Source: Octopus bimaculoides (Eukaryota). From it: DNA of 64,000 bases. The stretch lies in the NCBI RefSeq assembly GCF_001194135.2, contig NC_068985.1, positions 20,513,477 to 20,577,476 on the forward strand. The letters are read 5' to 3'. The notes under the pieces are model-generated. The model was given only the letters and a program-made list of their open reading frames with translations, had not been told where the DNA came from and did not search any database. The position numbers and the translations under genes are program-made. Below, in pieces: positions 1 to 11,887 of the stretch (position 1 is the first letter of the stretch; the number at the start of each line of letters is the position of its first letter).

Positions 1-1029
1 TTTAACTTGACCTAAAAATAAGAAAACAATTCAATATTATGTACTAATTGTTTTACCTTTATGTTTTGACTTGGTCATTGTTGCTAGCAACTGCCACTGG
101 AGAATTCTTAATTTTCTCTTTGGAAAATATAAAGGACAATTTCTGGCAAGCGTTTCTGCTGCCCTTTGCCATTATTATTAAGAAAGATTTCAAACTGGTC
201 AGACAAGTTTGAACATAGATAACTAATACTTGTCTTTTATCACAGTTATTAATATGGTATTGTTTAGAAAAGAATGATGGACAAAGAAAATAAGAATTTA
301 ACCTAGGTTATTCATAGAATGGGTTACTTAGTGCTTGACCTACACTTCAGATCCATTTTAAAGCTGCAGATATCATATGTCCCAGTTGTGATTATATGGA
401 AACACTCTGTAGTTCACTGATATTGTTCAATGTATGAAACAAGAAAGACAAGAGAGATCATGATTTTCAATCTCTGTATACAAAATGGTGGCAGAAATCA
501 TTCGCTTTTATTACTTATTTTTAACTAAGTAATACGAATTAGGCAAATTAAGTAAACACCTTGCTGAATGATGCATTCATGGTACTCATGACAAGATATT
601 ACAGAGTAACTATAAGATTTTGGTCATAACTGTAGGATTCTATTTTAGTATTCAATTATCTTAGTGCAGTTGTCTTTCCCTACTTTCAGATTGTCTTCTT
701 CCCTTCGTTCCATCCATATTGTTCTCTCAAATTATCACAATGACTATTGATTCCCACAATTAAACCTAATCAATCCCTGGCTTGCCTTTGTCAATAAACA
801 TACGATCTTAATAGTTTGGCCAAAGGATTCAAAAGCATCATTATTTCCAACAAACATTATTTCCAACAAAAGCATCATTATTTCCAACCAACTCTCTCTT
901 CTATCGATTAGCCTATTTTAATTTTACTTTTCTATTCAACTTGAATTGGTTTTTATTCCTTAACAAAGAGTCTTGTAACACACACTCAGGGATTGCTGCT
1001 ACTCTTGATTTTTTTTTTTTTTACTAATA

Positions 1030-1210
1030 TTGGCACAAGGCTTGAAATTTTAGGATTGGTATGTAGTTGATACCAACGACTTTAGTACTGGATTCATACT
1101 TTGTTTTATTGACCCTGAAAGGATGAAAAGCAAAGTTGATCTTGATAGAATTTGAACTCAGAATGTAAGGAGCCAGAAGAAATATCATAAAGCATTTTTC
1201 CAATGCTCTG
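1030..1210 (-). mobile_element. Family B SINE, diverged
   Basis: ATTGACCCTGAAAGGATGAAAAGCAAAGTTGA...ATTTGAACTCAGAA shared with 10684-10900. Confidence 0.65.
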
Positions 1211-1311
1211 TGTCCCTAATATTAGCCATAATATCATAATTTCATAAACTACAGTTGTGTGTCTTCTTAGTCAAGAATCCTGAGGCAAATGACACAGAGT
1301 AGTAGAAAGTA

Positions 1312-1342
<31 letters not shown>

Positions 1343-2103
1343 TTGTGTATCTATGAATGTATGTTTATCTGTATGTTTTGTGTGTGTACATTCTATAGTG
1401 GTTACACAACAGTATATTGACAAAGACTGTTCATCTTAATTTGGGAAATATTGTTAGATTGGTCAATGATATATAAACTTTACATTCATTCAACATTCAA
1501 GCGATGTAGTTCACCATTATAATAAAGAAATCCAATTAAAAAGATTCAAACACATCAATGCTGGAAGGCATTGTTGTAAACATGTTCAGACTTTATTAGA
1601 ACAATGTAATCAAATTTTATAAATCAGACTTCCTAAAAAGTAGTCTGATCATCATCCTCCTCATCATCATTTAGCGTCCATGTTCCATGCTGGGTTGGAT
1701 AATTTCACAAGATCTGATGGGTTGAACAATGATATTATACTCCAGTGTTTGCTTTGTCATGTTTTCTGCAGCTAGATGTCCTTTCTAATGTCACCCACTT
1801 TACAACATGCACTGAATGCGTTTTTTTTTCCTGTGGCACCAACACTAGTAAGGTTGTCATACAGCATGCAAGACTAAGATTCCCTTCGATTGAGAGGGGC
1901 TACAGTTGAGTGGAGGGGATGCAACTTTATACTAGAAGATGGGAGGTCAAAGTATGAGAGAAAAGTCCCAATCAAAACAGGTTTCTTGCTATTGAGATGC
2001 TACATGGCTATTTGCATTATAGAAAAGAGTGGGGAATGACTGGGATGGATGTGGAATGAGATAAAATAGTTGTGAAGAGATGCCAAGGTGGACCCTTAAG
2101 GTA

Positions 2104-3007
2104 AGAGGTGATATCAAAAAGTTCTTGGACTAGTTATGTTTAATAAAAAAAAAAAAAACTTATTTACCTGAGTTTTAACATCATCTCCTTCAAAATAGTT
2201 ATCTTGTGCAGCAATACTCTGGTCCCAGCATTCCTGGCACTTTTGGAATCTGGCCAGGAAGTTGTTTTCTGTAAGTGAGTCGAGGACCTTCTGCAATTTG
2301 CTCTTGATCTCAACAACAGTGTTAAAACGGGGACCTCTCTGCTGCATTATCATCTTGGGGAAAGAGATGGAAGTCTGCAGGTCTCAAATCTGGTGAATAG
2401 GGTGCGTGTGGAAGTGATACTACGTTTTTGATGAGAAGCTCACAAGTGAGGAGACCTTGGTGAAAAATCTAATTCTTTGCGCTCCACAGATCCAGTCGTT
2501 TTCGATGAATATCCTTCCTCAAACACTTCAAAACATCACAGGAGAACCCTCAGTTGATGGTCTGGCTATGGAGGATGAACTATCAGTGCACAATACCACA
2601 TTCCCAGGGATGACAATTGTAGCAGGTCTTCCAGATCGCTCATCGTCCTCCAGGGACATTCTTCCATCTGTGAAGAGCCCATGCCACTTGAAACGTTGCA
2701 TACAACTCATTACCTCATTGCCATAATCTTGCAGAAGCATGCTCAATGTCTTTGTAGCAGACTTCCCAAGTTTAACACAAAATTTCACGCTAGGTTTTTG
2801 TTCTTGACCATGATAAAATTGTTGACTATACAGCATACACAGGATCACAAAATCACAAATTTCACAACTTACAAAGAAAACACAGCAATGTCATTTGACA
2901 CATTGCCTCATGAAGACCACTGCTAGCTCTCACTGCTCATGCAGCTGTGTGCTGCCACCTGTTGGTGCACTACAGAACTAGTCTGGGAACTTTTTGATAC
3001 CACCTGG
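2104..3007 (-). mobile_element. Mariner (Tc1/mariner) internally deleted, non-autonomous copy, 904 bp
   Basis: TA target duplications at 2102-2103 and 3008-3009. ~30 bp TIRs (GGTGATATCAAAAAGTTCTTGGACTAGTT and AACTAGTCTGGGAACTTTTTGATACCACC). Minus-strand remnants of the N-terminal HTH (VKFCVKLGKSATKTLSML...EDDERSGRP, 2528-2848) and C-terminus (RGPRFNTVVEIK...NYFEGD, 2114-2353). Confidence 0.9.
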
Positions 3008-3443
3008 TATGAAGTGAGTGACAGAGTAGAGAGTGCAGGTGATTATATTTCGAATATATATCACACTTATCCAAACATGCCCATCCATTCAGTAGATTGC
3101 ATAGCATTGAGCTGAAATCTTAGAACACTGTGTTGTGTTCGAATTCAAGGCAGATAACTCTGCTTGCCACAGTTTGTCTAGATGACAAATGAACTTTTGT
3201 CTTTCATTTCACAATTAATCAATTAGCAACTGGAGGAATACAGAACTGTGGAAACACTATGTCAAACTTTGGCTGAACACTCCAGCAAACATAGACATTT
3301 CTATGATATTCATTAGTGTGACGAATAAAGAGTTGTATAATCTTTTTCAAAATTTTCTAACAATTTTAGTAACTGTTGAAAATTAGATTAGTAGTTGACT
3401 TATTTAACATCAGACATTTTGAAGTTTTTCTCATTTTCTGCCC

Positions 3444-3483
<40 letters not shown>

Positions 3484-3739
3484 CTTTCCATCTTTCTCTA
3501 CATCCCTCTCTTTGTCTGTATATGTATATTACTGTGCATGCATGTGTGTATGTATATGCATGCCTGTGTCTATGTGTGTATGCATATGTGTGTATGTGTG
3601 CATGAGTGTTTACCTCCAGCACCAAATTCAGGCCCAGTATCCAGTCACCTATGTTAAATCACCAGCATCCAAACAGCATCCAAACAGCTATGCTCATTCA
3701 CTTCATTCTGATCATACTTGCATTCTCTTGTCTTCTACC

Positions 3740-3960
3740 TTTTATTCTTTACTTTTAACTTGTTTCACTCATTTGGGTATGGCCATACTGGAGCACTGCC
3801 TTGAATAATTTAAGTCGAATGAATTGACAACAGTACTTATTATTATTTTTTTTCTTAAGCCTGGTATTCATTATATCAGTCTCTTTGCAGAACTGCTAAG
3901 TTACGGGGACGTAAACACACCGACACCAGTTGTCCAGCAGTGTCAGAGGACAAACACAAA

Positions 3961-3997
<37 letters not shown>

Positions 3998-4150
3998 GAT
4001 GAGCTTCTTATTTTAGTTTCCATCTACAAACTCCACTGACAAGGCTTTGATTGGCCTGAGGCTGTAGTAGAAGACACTTGCTCAAGGTGCCACACAGTGG
4101 GACTGAACCCAGAGCCATGCAGTCAGGAAGCAAACTTCTTACCACACTAC
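3740..4150 (-). mobile_element. tRNA-derived SINE, family A (internal (TG)n)
   Basis: Reverse complement of the copy at 5683-6115, with tRNA-like head, internal CA repeat and AT-rich tail. Confidence 0.8.
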
Positions 4151-4810
4151 ATTTATTATGATACCAGTACTGGTGAGGTTTTATTTTCAGATTCTGAATT
4201 TCCTAAACATAGAGCAATTTTGTTTTAGAATAAATTTTCACCTCTGTAAACTTTATTGACTGCAGCTAGGAAGCCACAATTATTCATTTTGTATGGAAAA
4301 TATAGATAAGGAGGAGAAAGGGGTAAAATGAATAATGCAAGTTGTAACTCGAAGGGACATAACCCACATCTGAACCTGACATCCACATTCAATATTTTCT
4401 GAAATGCAAATTCTACCAAAAGATAGAGATTTATTTAAAACAACTTGACAGAAACATGGGACCATTGGTTTTTGCTTAAAATTGACAAGTCTTCAGTCTA
4501 ATTCCAGTGTTGCACTTTGGTGTATCATTCTCCCCCCCCCCTTTTTTTTTCTTTGTTGTTATTTTTAAGATATCTCGTTTTCTCCTTTGGTTTGCAAATA
4601 CCAGAATGAGCAAGTTTAGCACTGCTCACTGGACATTCTGCCTGTTTTGGTGACATAAATTTTTGGTGCTGAATACACACACACACACACACACACACTC
4701 ACTGAAATATACACATACAAAGCGAGGGAGAGAGAGAGAGAGAGACATTACAGTTTATTAATTTAAACACAATTGAGATAAACATTCCCTTTTCTCAAAC
4801 ACATACAGAC

Positions 4811-4811
<1 letters not shown>

Positions 4812-4879
<68 letters not shown>

Positions 4880-5010
4880 AAGGTAGAGAGAGAGAGAGAG
4901 GCAGAGTGAAAGGCAGAGTGAGAGGCAGAGTGAGAGGTAGAATGAGAGGCAGAGTAAGAGGCAGAGAGGCTGAGGGACAGAGAGAAGTAGAGAGAGAAAG
5001 AGAGAGAGGT
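4812..5010. repeat. (GA)n microsatellite grading into a 12-bp GAGAGGCAGAGT-type repeat
   Basis: Directly visible. Confidence 0.9.
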
Positions 5011-5025
5011 AGTGAGAAGATATTA

Positions 5026-5235
5026 ATTTCAAATTTTGGCACAAAGCCAAAAGTTTCAGGGAAGGGCTAATTCAATTACATTGACCGCAGTATGTAACTG
5101 GTACTTATTTTATTGACCATGAAAAGATGAAAGTCAAAGTCATCCTTGGCAGGATTTGAACCCAGAATGAAAGTTGGATGAAATGCTGCTAAGCATTTTG
5201 CTGAGCATGATTCCAATTCTGTCAGCTTGCTACAT
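5026..5235 (-). mobile_element. Family B SINE
   Basis: TTTCAAATTTTGGCACAAAGCC...AACTGGTACTTATTTTATTGAC...ATTTGAACCCAGAA shared with the other family B copies. Confidence 0.7.
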
Positions 5236-5344
5236 TAGAGGAAGCAAGAATTGTTAAAACAAGATAAACATTAAAACACCTGATGTCAAATAAGTTAGCA
5301 TTGAATCAGTGATGCCAAAAATGGCTAAGCCAAAGTGTCTCTCG

Positions 5345-5640
5345 CATACAACATCATCATCATCATCATCATTTAATACCTGGCATGGTTTTCTATGGCT
5401 GGATGCCCTCCCTAACGCCAACCACTCTGAGAGTGTAATGGGTGCTTTTACGTGCCACCAGCATGAGTGCCATTTGTGTGACACCAGTATCTTCCACGAC
5501 TGTGATTTTACTTGGCTTGATGGGTCTTCTTCTCAAGCACGACATAATGCCAAAGGTATTGGTCATTGCCTCCATGAGGCCCAACACTCAAAAGAAACTC
5601 AGCCACCTTGCCTCCATGAGGCCCAAGACATACCTACAAA
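5345..5640 (-). mobile_element. SINE family C variant
   Basis: (CAT)n tail and GGATGCCCTCCCTAACGCCAACCAC core. Confidence 0.6.
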
Positions 5641-5682
5641 ATATAACAGTCCCTGTTTTATTTTCAACTTCAAAACTTTCAG

Positions 5683-5844
5683 GTGCAAGAGTGGCTGTGT
5701 GGTGAGTACCTTGCTTACCAACCACATGGCTCCGGGTTCAGTCCCACTGCATGGCACCTTGGGCAGGTGTCTTCTTCTATAGCCTCAGACTGACCAAAGT
5801 CTTGTAAGTAGATTTGGTCGATGGAAACTGAAAAAAGCCCATTG

Positions 5845-5906
<62 letters not shown>

Positions 5907-6115
5907 TGTGTGTATGTCTGTGTTTGTCCCACAACCATCGCTTGACAACTGATGCTGGTATGCTTACATCCCTGTAACCTAGCAGTTCAGCAAAAGACAC
6001 CAATAGAATATGTACTAGGCTTACAAAGAATAAGTCCTTGGGTTGATTTGTTTGACTAAAGGCAGTGCTCCAGCATGGCCACAGTCAAATGACTGAAACA
6101 AATAAAAGAATAATG
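5683..6115 (+). mobile_element. tRNA-derived SINE, family A, near full length
   Basis: A-box-like TGGCTGTGTGG and B-box-like GGTTCAGTCCC, internal (TG)n, tail GACTGAAACAAATAAAAGA. Homologous copies at 3740-4150, 6466-6680, 27590-27810 and 60540-60978. Confidence 0.85.
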
Positions 6116-6465
6116 AAAAAAGAACAAAGCTCAGCTCATCAACTTAAATCTAAATCATCTTCAGGATACATTTGACTGAATTCCAATTCATCTTCATCAC
6201 AGTATTCTAATTCCTGCAATATTTCTGCAGTTTTGAATATCCTACTCCTTTGCCTTTCCTCTCCAGTCATGCTTGGCTGTAGGGAGCTTTGCTTCATAGT
6301 TTAAAACCAAGCTAAAACAAAAAAGAAAGATAGAGGAAAATATTTCTTAAGAACACCTTATCTCTAAGTAGACACTTGTAGACAATGTAATACTGCAATG
6401 ACAACAAATCTTTATTCTAATTGACCATTTTGCTTTCTGTTTGATCTTGTTTTAACAGAGTTTTC

Positions 6466-6680
6466 CCTAGCTGTGTGGTAAGAAATTTTCTTCCCCGCTA
6501 CATTGTTCTAGGTTCAGTCCCCACATCCCTGTAACTTGATGGTTTAGCAAACATGACCGATAGAATAAGTACCAGGCTTTGGAAATGAATTAAATACTAG
6601 GGTTGATTTGTCCCATTAAAATTCTTCAAAATGGTGTCCTTGCATGGCCACAGTCTAATCACTGAAACAAGTAAAAAGAT
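6466..6680 (+). mobile_element. Family A SINE, internally deleted and diverged
   Basis: Head (GCTGTGTGGTAAG...GGTTCAGTCCC) joined directly to the 3' half, similar to 5683-6115. Confidence 0.6.
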
Positions 6681-6825
6681 TTCTGGTATATAGACAGTTT
6701 AGCTGAATGTCAAATTTGAAATACTTGGTATACCAGGAATACAACCCAACAGAGTCAAATGGGAAATGTTATGACATAGATATTAGTGAGTTTGGGTTCT
6801 TAATTTTTCTTCTTCTGTTTTGCAG

Positions 6826-6906
6826 GAACTTGAAGAGATTCACATCGACACGTGTAATACAATCAAAGCTGCCATTGAGAGTCATGCTCTTGTTCTTCTA
6901 AATAAA
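6826..6906 (+). CDS. Internal coding exon (phase 0/0) of an F-BAR domain protein gene: ELEEIHIDTCNTIKAAIESHALVLLNK
   Basis: Long polypyrimidine tract plus TTTTGCAG acceptor and AAA|GTAAGA donor. 81 nt, open, splices in frame to the exon at 8454. The joined peptide aligns without gaps, by eye, to the last F-BAR helix of FER/FES-type proteins. Confidence 0.85.
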
Positions 6907-7325
6907 GTAAGATTTTAATAACTTCATTTCTTTTTGCAAATCTTCAGATATATAGGTTTCTTCTGCCTTGGTAAAAAGACGACTATATTTTAGGGAAGAA
7001 AGAAATGAAAAACATTAACATTTATGCCTTTCTTTAAAAAAAAAAATCAGTATCTTAGATACACACAAAACCTCACATTTTACCAGGTGAGTGTAATCAC
7101 CATGATCATGATTGCCATCATCATCGTCGTCGTTGTCATCATCATCATTTAACATCCATTTTCCATGCTGGCATAGGTTGGATAGTTTGACAGGAGCAGG
7201 CCAGCTGAAGAGTTGCCTGAGTGCCATATCTGTTTTTGGCATGGTTTCTATGGCCAGATACCCTCTGCTGGATGGGTAATGTCAGAATGCATGCATGACA
7301 GAGAGTAAATGATTTAAGAAGAAAA

Positions 7326-7590
7326 TTGTGTATAAGAGGCATCAGGTGTTGTGTGCAAGAGAGAAGACTGCACTGGTTTGGTCATGTGATGCGTATGGAT
7401 GAGGACTGCTGCATAAAGAAGTGCCAAGCTTTAATTGTGGAGGGTACCTGTGGGAGGAGTAGACCTAGGAAGACATGGGATGAAGTGGTGAGAAAGGATC
7501 TTCAGATGCTGGGCATCACTGAGGAAACGACAAGGGACTGGGAGATGTGATTTGCTGTACTTGGTAAGACATGTCAAGCTAAGTAAAATC
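7326..7590 (+). mobile_element. RTE-clade LINE 3' fragment
   Basis: RRLHWFGHVMRM...GRSRPRKTWDEVVRKDL is the typical RTE ORF C-terminus after the RT domain. Confidence 0.85.
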
Positions 7591-7624
7591 TCTGTCTTCC
7601 ACACATATAGGCTTATCCTTTCAG

Positions 7625-7900
7625 GTGCCAGTGCCACTTAAAAAACACCTGTGCTGGTGCTGTGTTAACAGCCCTGTGCCAGTGGTGCATAAATGCACCC
7701 ATGATGGTGCCACGTAAAAAGCACCTAGCACACTCTGTTAAATGGTTGGCATTAGGAAAGGCATCCAGCCATAGAAATCATGCCACAACAGACAGTTGGA
7801 GTCCAGATGACTCTTTGTTAGCCAGCTCCATGTCAGACCATCCAACCCATACCAGTATGGAGACTGGATGTTAAACGATGATGATGATGATGATGATGTG
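7625..7900 (+). mobile_element. SINE family C, diverged
   Basis: GGTTGGCATTAGGAAAGGCATCCAGCC core and GGATGTTAAACGATGATG tail. Confidence 0.65.
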
Positions 7901-8453
7901 CACCTGCATTACATTTATATCAGTTTGATCCCTGAACATTGGATATCTGAATGTATACATAGACTTAGACTAAATTTGAACTAGAAATCTTTATTTCTAA
8001 ACTCAAAGTAATAATATTCATATCTATGAGATCATTGATATCAGATCTATAAAACAACACTGAGACAGCTGATGATGACACAAAATTAAACTAATCATAA
8101 CGTAATATAAATATTGTAAATATATACATAGAGTCTATGCATTGGGTCAATAGTATCAGATATTAAATGTCATTAGTACGGCTACTTTAAACATGAGGTC
8201 AATTGTACAGATCATTGTAATATTATTAACAATAAATCAGACATTGATTGAAGCAAAATTGAAGAACTGATTTATTGAAACTTTTATTTCTCACTCTATA
8301 AGATTTATCCTGTAAATTCTCTTTTATTAGTTCTGTTTCGAACAAGGCCTTCCAAGTTATTTAAATTCCAATTTCAGGTTTCCAATAAAATCTTTTGTAT
8401 TGATAAATGCATTTAATGACACAAAAGTTCAACTTGTTTTGCATTTCTTTCAG

Positions 8454-8627
8454 GCAACTGAGCGACATCGAAGATTTGATGATTTACTAAAAGTCTGTCA
8501 CCAAGTCAACCCCCAATTAGATGTTTCGTATTTTATCCGTTCCATGAGCCAAGATGTTCTTAGCCTTCAACAACAGCCATATCAGTTCAATTATCCTGCA
8601 GATATTAATGCTGAGTTAATGGAGCTC
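8454..8627 (+). CDS. Internal coding exon (phase 0/0), end of F-BAR domain: ATERHRRFDDLLKVCHQVNPQLDVSYFIRSMSQDVLSLQQQPYQFNYPADINAELMEL
   Basis: TTTCTTTCAG acceptor and CTC|GTAAGA donor, 174 nt open. QVNP...SYFI resembles the QIDP...NNFI motif ending F-BAR domains, followed by a PYQF linker like that of FCHSD/srGAP/FER proteins (recalled, not searched). Confidence 0.88.
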
Positions 8628-9109
8628 GTAAGATTATCATTTTATATGCATTGAAGTTATTATTATTGTTAATGTTCTTTCACCCTGGGTAAGATCTGAT
8701 TGAGAAAACCTGTTATCAAAGATATTCCAGATGTAATCATATCATACCATATTTTTTTAAGTGATAGCAAATCTTGAACACTGCATTAACTAGTGTTACT
8801 ACCATTTTAGGATGGTAAGGTGTTATATGAAAGAGATTTGGTTTCTATTTCTACAAAACCAAATGACCATGTAGAAGCTTGCTCAAATGTCTTTAGTCTT
8901 AGTTACATGAGAAGTTTTTGTTTTTATTTATTGAAAAATTGATATTATTAAGATGAAATATTCCAGTAAAAATGGTATTGTGCCTTCGAGTTATATTAAT
9001 AATAGTAGCATACCTGTGCAGTGAAAACTAATAGCTATCATAATTATATTCATTAGCTGTAATTTTATTAAAGTAAAATGTTCTTTTTAACCATTCAATG
9101 ATTTTCTTC

Positions 9110-9860
9110 TAGGTTTGGATTGTTTCATCTCTTCTATCCACCACTGATCTAAAAATGGTACTCCCATACTTCCATTGCAAAATTTCTGTATTTGCTGCTT
9201 ACTTCACCTCCAACTCTGTACTGAGCAGATTCAACAAAACTGCTCCCAAGTTGTTTTTCTACATGCACATATCCCCCCCCCCCATGAACACAGTCATCAT
9301 AAACAAAAGCACTTCTGACCCCTCCAATTCAACAAGTTAACCAGTTTATGATAATATCTTGTTCATCACTCACAAGTAATCTGTTCCAGAGCTATTTTCT
9401 ATCTTTATCAGACTTCATTTCCACTATTTCTTCAGTGGTCAATGCAAAACTTGGAAACACACTAAAATGCTTTCATGACCCCCAAAAGTGCAATATTTCT
9501 GTAACAACAAACTAACAGCCTATAACTTGCACTTCCAACATCTAAAAGGTGATGGACAAAGTTTAACTCTTTCATCACCTTGACAATCTTATACTTTCTG
9601 CAGAGCCAAATCTATCAAAGACTTGCTTTTCTTCTGCAAATGAAATGCTGTTGCAAAGTATGAGAAAGTTCTTTCCATGGTCTACATCTCATTCCCCTTT
9701 TTTGGACTGGAGATGGCACTGCTAAATCCCTGCTTGAAAATATATATAATTTACAAAGTAACACAGTTACTGATCTAATAAATATATTTTTCTCTCCTTT
9801 TTTTTTTTCTATTACTATCTTTCTTCTGATGAAGGATTAGTGTCTGAAACGTCAAGACTT
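9110..9860 (+). mobile_element. Heavily decayed Penelope-like element 3' region ending in a hammerhead motif
   Basis: C-rich, LINE-like composition with broken frames and a terminal minimal hammerhead typical of Penelope pseudo-LTRs. Protein similarity is too decayed to confirm by eye. Confidence 0.4.
9822..9857 (+). ncRNA. Minimal type I hammerhead ribozyme motif
   Basis: TCTT-CTGATGA-AGG(attagtg)TCT-GAAA-CG-TC-AAGA: 4-bp stem I, 3-bp stem II, palindromic ACGT stem III, predicted cleavage after C9853. Confidence 0.7.
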
Positions 9861-10138
9861 TTTCTCTTCTTACTTCAAGCATTAAACTAATACATTTCAT
9901 AAAACTTCTCCTTCCCATATTCTCTTCTTTTCTTAATACTCACACACACACACACACACAAATGTGCACACACACATATTCTTTGGTTAATATTTATGGA
10001 TTGAAGTTTTGCACCACAATAGAAACTATGGATGTAATTTTTTTTTTAAGTACATGTGTAAGTACTTTTCTTGAAGAAAGTACTTACATAAAATTGAAAG
10101 TTTTCCCATTCTGTTATCTCTTTTGTATTTACCGACAG

Positions 10139-10290
10139 GAATCAGTTCGAGATCAACTCATCATTGATAGACACACAGAAAGTACTATTAGAAGTAGACG
10201 CCAAGCTGTTCAGAAAGAAGCTTCCGAATTGACATCATATATCAAACAGAATCAGGATGTAACACAGACTCTAGTCAATATGTGTCAAAG
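10139..10290 (+). CDS. Internal coding exon (phase 0/2), FX-like coiled coil: ESVRDQLIIDRHTESTIRSRRQAVQKEASELTSYIKQNQDVTQTLVNMCQ(R/S)
   Basis: Pyrimidine-rich acceptor ending GACAG and AAG|GTAACA donor. 152 nt open in frame with the upstream exons. Heptad-like pattern comparable to the F-BAR extension of FER/FES. Orthology not assignable from this fragment. Confidence 0.85.
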
Positions 10291-10683
10291 GTAACAAGCA
10301 TTCATTAAAAAAAATTTTATTCATATTTCTATGGGTGATATGTTGATATTTTCCTCTTGATGTTTGATTAATATCATCCTTAATAACCTGTCTATTGTTG
10401 CTTTGTCATTTTATATAATATATATATATATATATATATAATACATAGATGCATATACATATATGTTAACAGAGGCATTCATTTTCTAAATGTTATGCAT
10501 ATTTTTACAGTTAATATTTTGACATTTTCTTTATAATCTTTGATTAATATCTTCATTAATAACCCACTTATTGTCTTATCATTTTATTATTATACATTAT
10601 TGGTTCCAAAGAATATTAAAAATTCTTCTTTTTTTTTCCTATTTAAATTATTTCAATGCAGTTTATCTGCTTACTTATTTCTT

Positions 10684-10900
10684 ATTTCTTTATTGCCCAC
10701 AAGGGGCTAAACATAGAGGGGACAAACAAGGACAGACAAAGCGATTAAGTCGACCCCAGTGCACAACTGGTACTTAATTTACCGACCCCGAAAGGATGAA
10801 AGGCAAAGTCGACCTCGGCGGAATTTGAACTCAGAACGTAACGGCAGACAAAATGCCGCTAAGCATTTCGCCCGGCGTGCTAACGTTTCTGCCAGCTTGT
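10684..10900 (-). mobile_element. tRNA-derived SINE, family B, young copy
   Basis: On the minus strand, B-box-like GAGTTCAAATTCC followed by GAGGTCGACTTTGCCTTTCATCCTTTCGGGGTCG, CpG-rich. Homologous to six other copies in the window. Confidence 0.8.
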
Positions 10901-11834
10901 CTTGTTTTTCTACTAGACATTATTGTAAAACCAATTTTCATTGAAGTGTTCGTTTTACAGAAACATCACTGAACTGATTATATAATAAATATACCATATT
11001 TACTGATGTGTAGGTCACACTCGCATATAAGACCCTAATTTAGTGTTAAATCTTGTAACTAATTTGTTTCCCCTTCATAGTTTTTAGCTTGCTCCTTGTA
11101 TAAGTTACATCCCAGTTTTTTCAGTTGAACCTAAATATGAAATAGTGCAACTGAAACGCAAGCAAATACAGGTCTTTTTTTTTTTTTTCTATTTCAGCTT
11201 TATTTTAACATTAAACCAATACTGAATACAAAAAGCCCAAAAAATATTTTTTGATTTATTTATTTGTATATTTGAAATAATTTTGAAAGCTAAACATTAT
11301 TTTTATATCATCTTTTTAATGTTTAATACTATGTATCTATATCCAAAGCTTCTATATGTATTTTTTAAATATGTTTTTTAAAATTATTTTACAAGTTGCA
11401 GTGATTGGCCAATAGTCATGGTGGGGTGTCAAACCCCAGTAATTTGTCTGTGTTTTTTTTTTTTTGTTGAACTAGGAAATAGAAAAGGATGAGTTTACCT
11501 AGGTGTAAGGGGACATAATCAGAATTATAAAGAAGTAAGACTGACTTGGCCAATATACATACTCTGCCAATATACATATAAGTGCACAGATACACACAGA
11601 CACACACAGATACACATATGTATAAATCTGATAGGCATCCACACAGTTTTCTGTCTAAGAGATTTCATTTACTAACAAGACTTTTGTCAATCCACAGTTA
11701 TAGTAAAAAACACTTGCCCAAAGCACTTTGCTGTAGGATTGAACCTAGAACAACATGATAGCTCTGTGAACTTCTTAAACATATTGCCATACCTGCGACA
11801 TATGTTTATGTATGTATATGTGATCTGGTGTATG

Positions 11835-11887
<53 letters not shown>

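Noticed and set aside
835-890. Short direct repeats (AAAAGCATCATTATTTCCAAC-like), superficially CRISPR-like
   Set aside because: Eukaryotic context with no unique spacers; an ordinary slippage duplication.
5683-5760. tRNA-like A/B boxes here and in other SINE heads
   Set aside because: They are followed by SINE bodies and are multicopy and degenerate; no complete cloverleaf, so not called tRNA genes.
6826-10290. Assigning a gene symbol (FER/FES, FCHSD2/nwk, srGAP or NOSTRIN)
   Set aside because: Only the F-BAR end and FX-like region are visible. The diagnostic SH2/kinase, SH3 or RhoGAP domains are not in the window, so a BLASTP or HMM search is needed.
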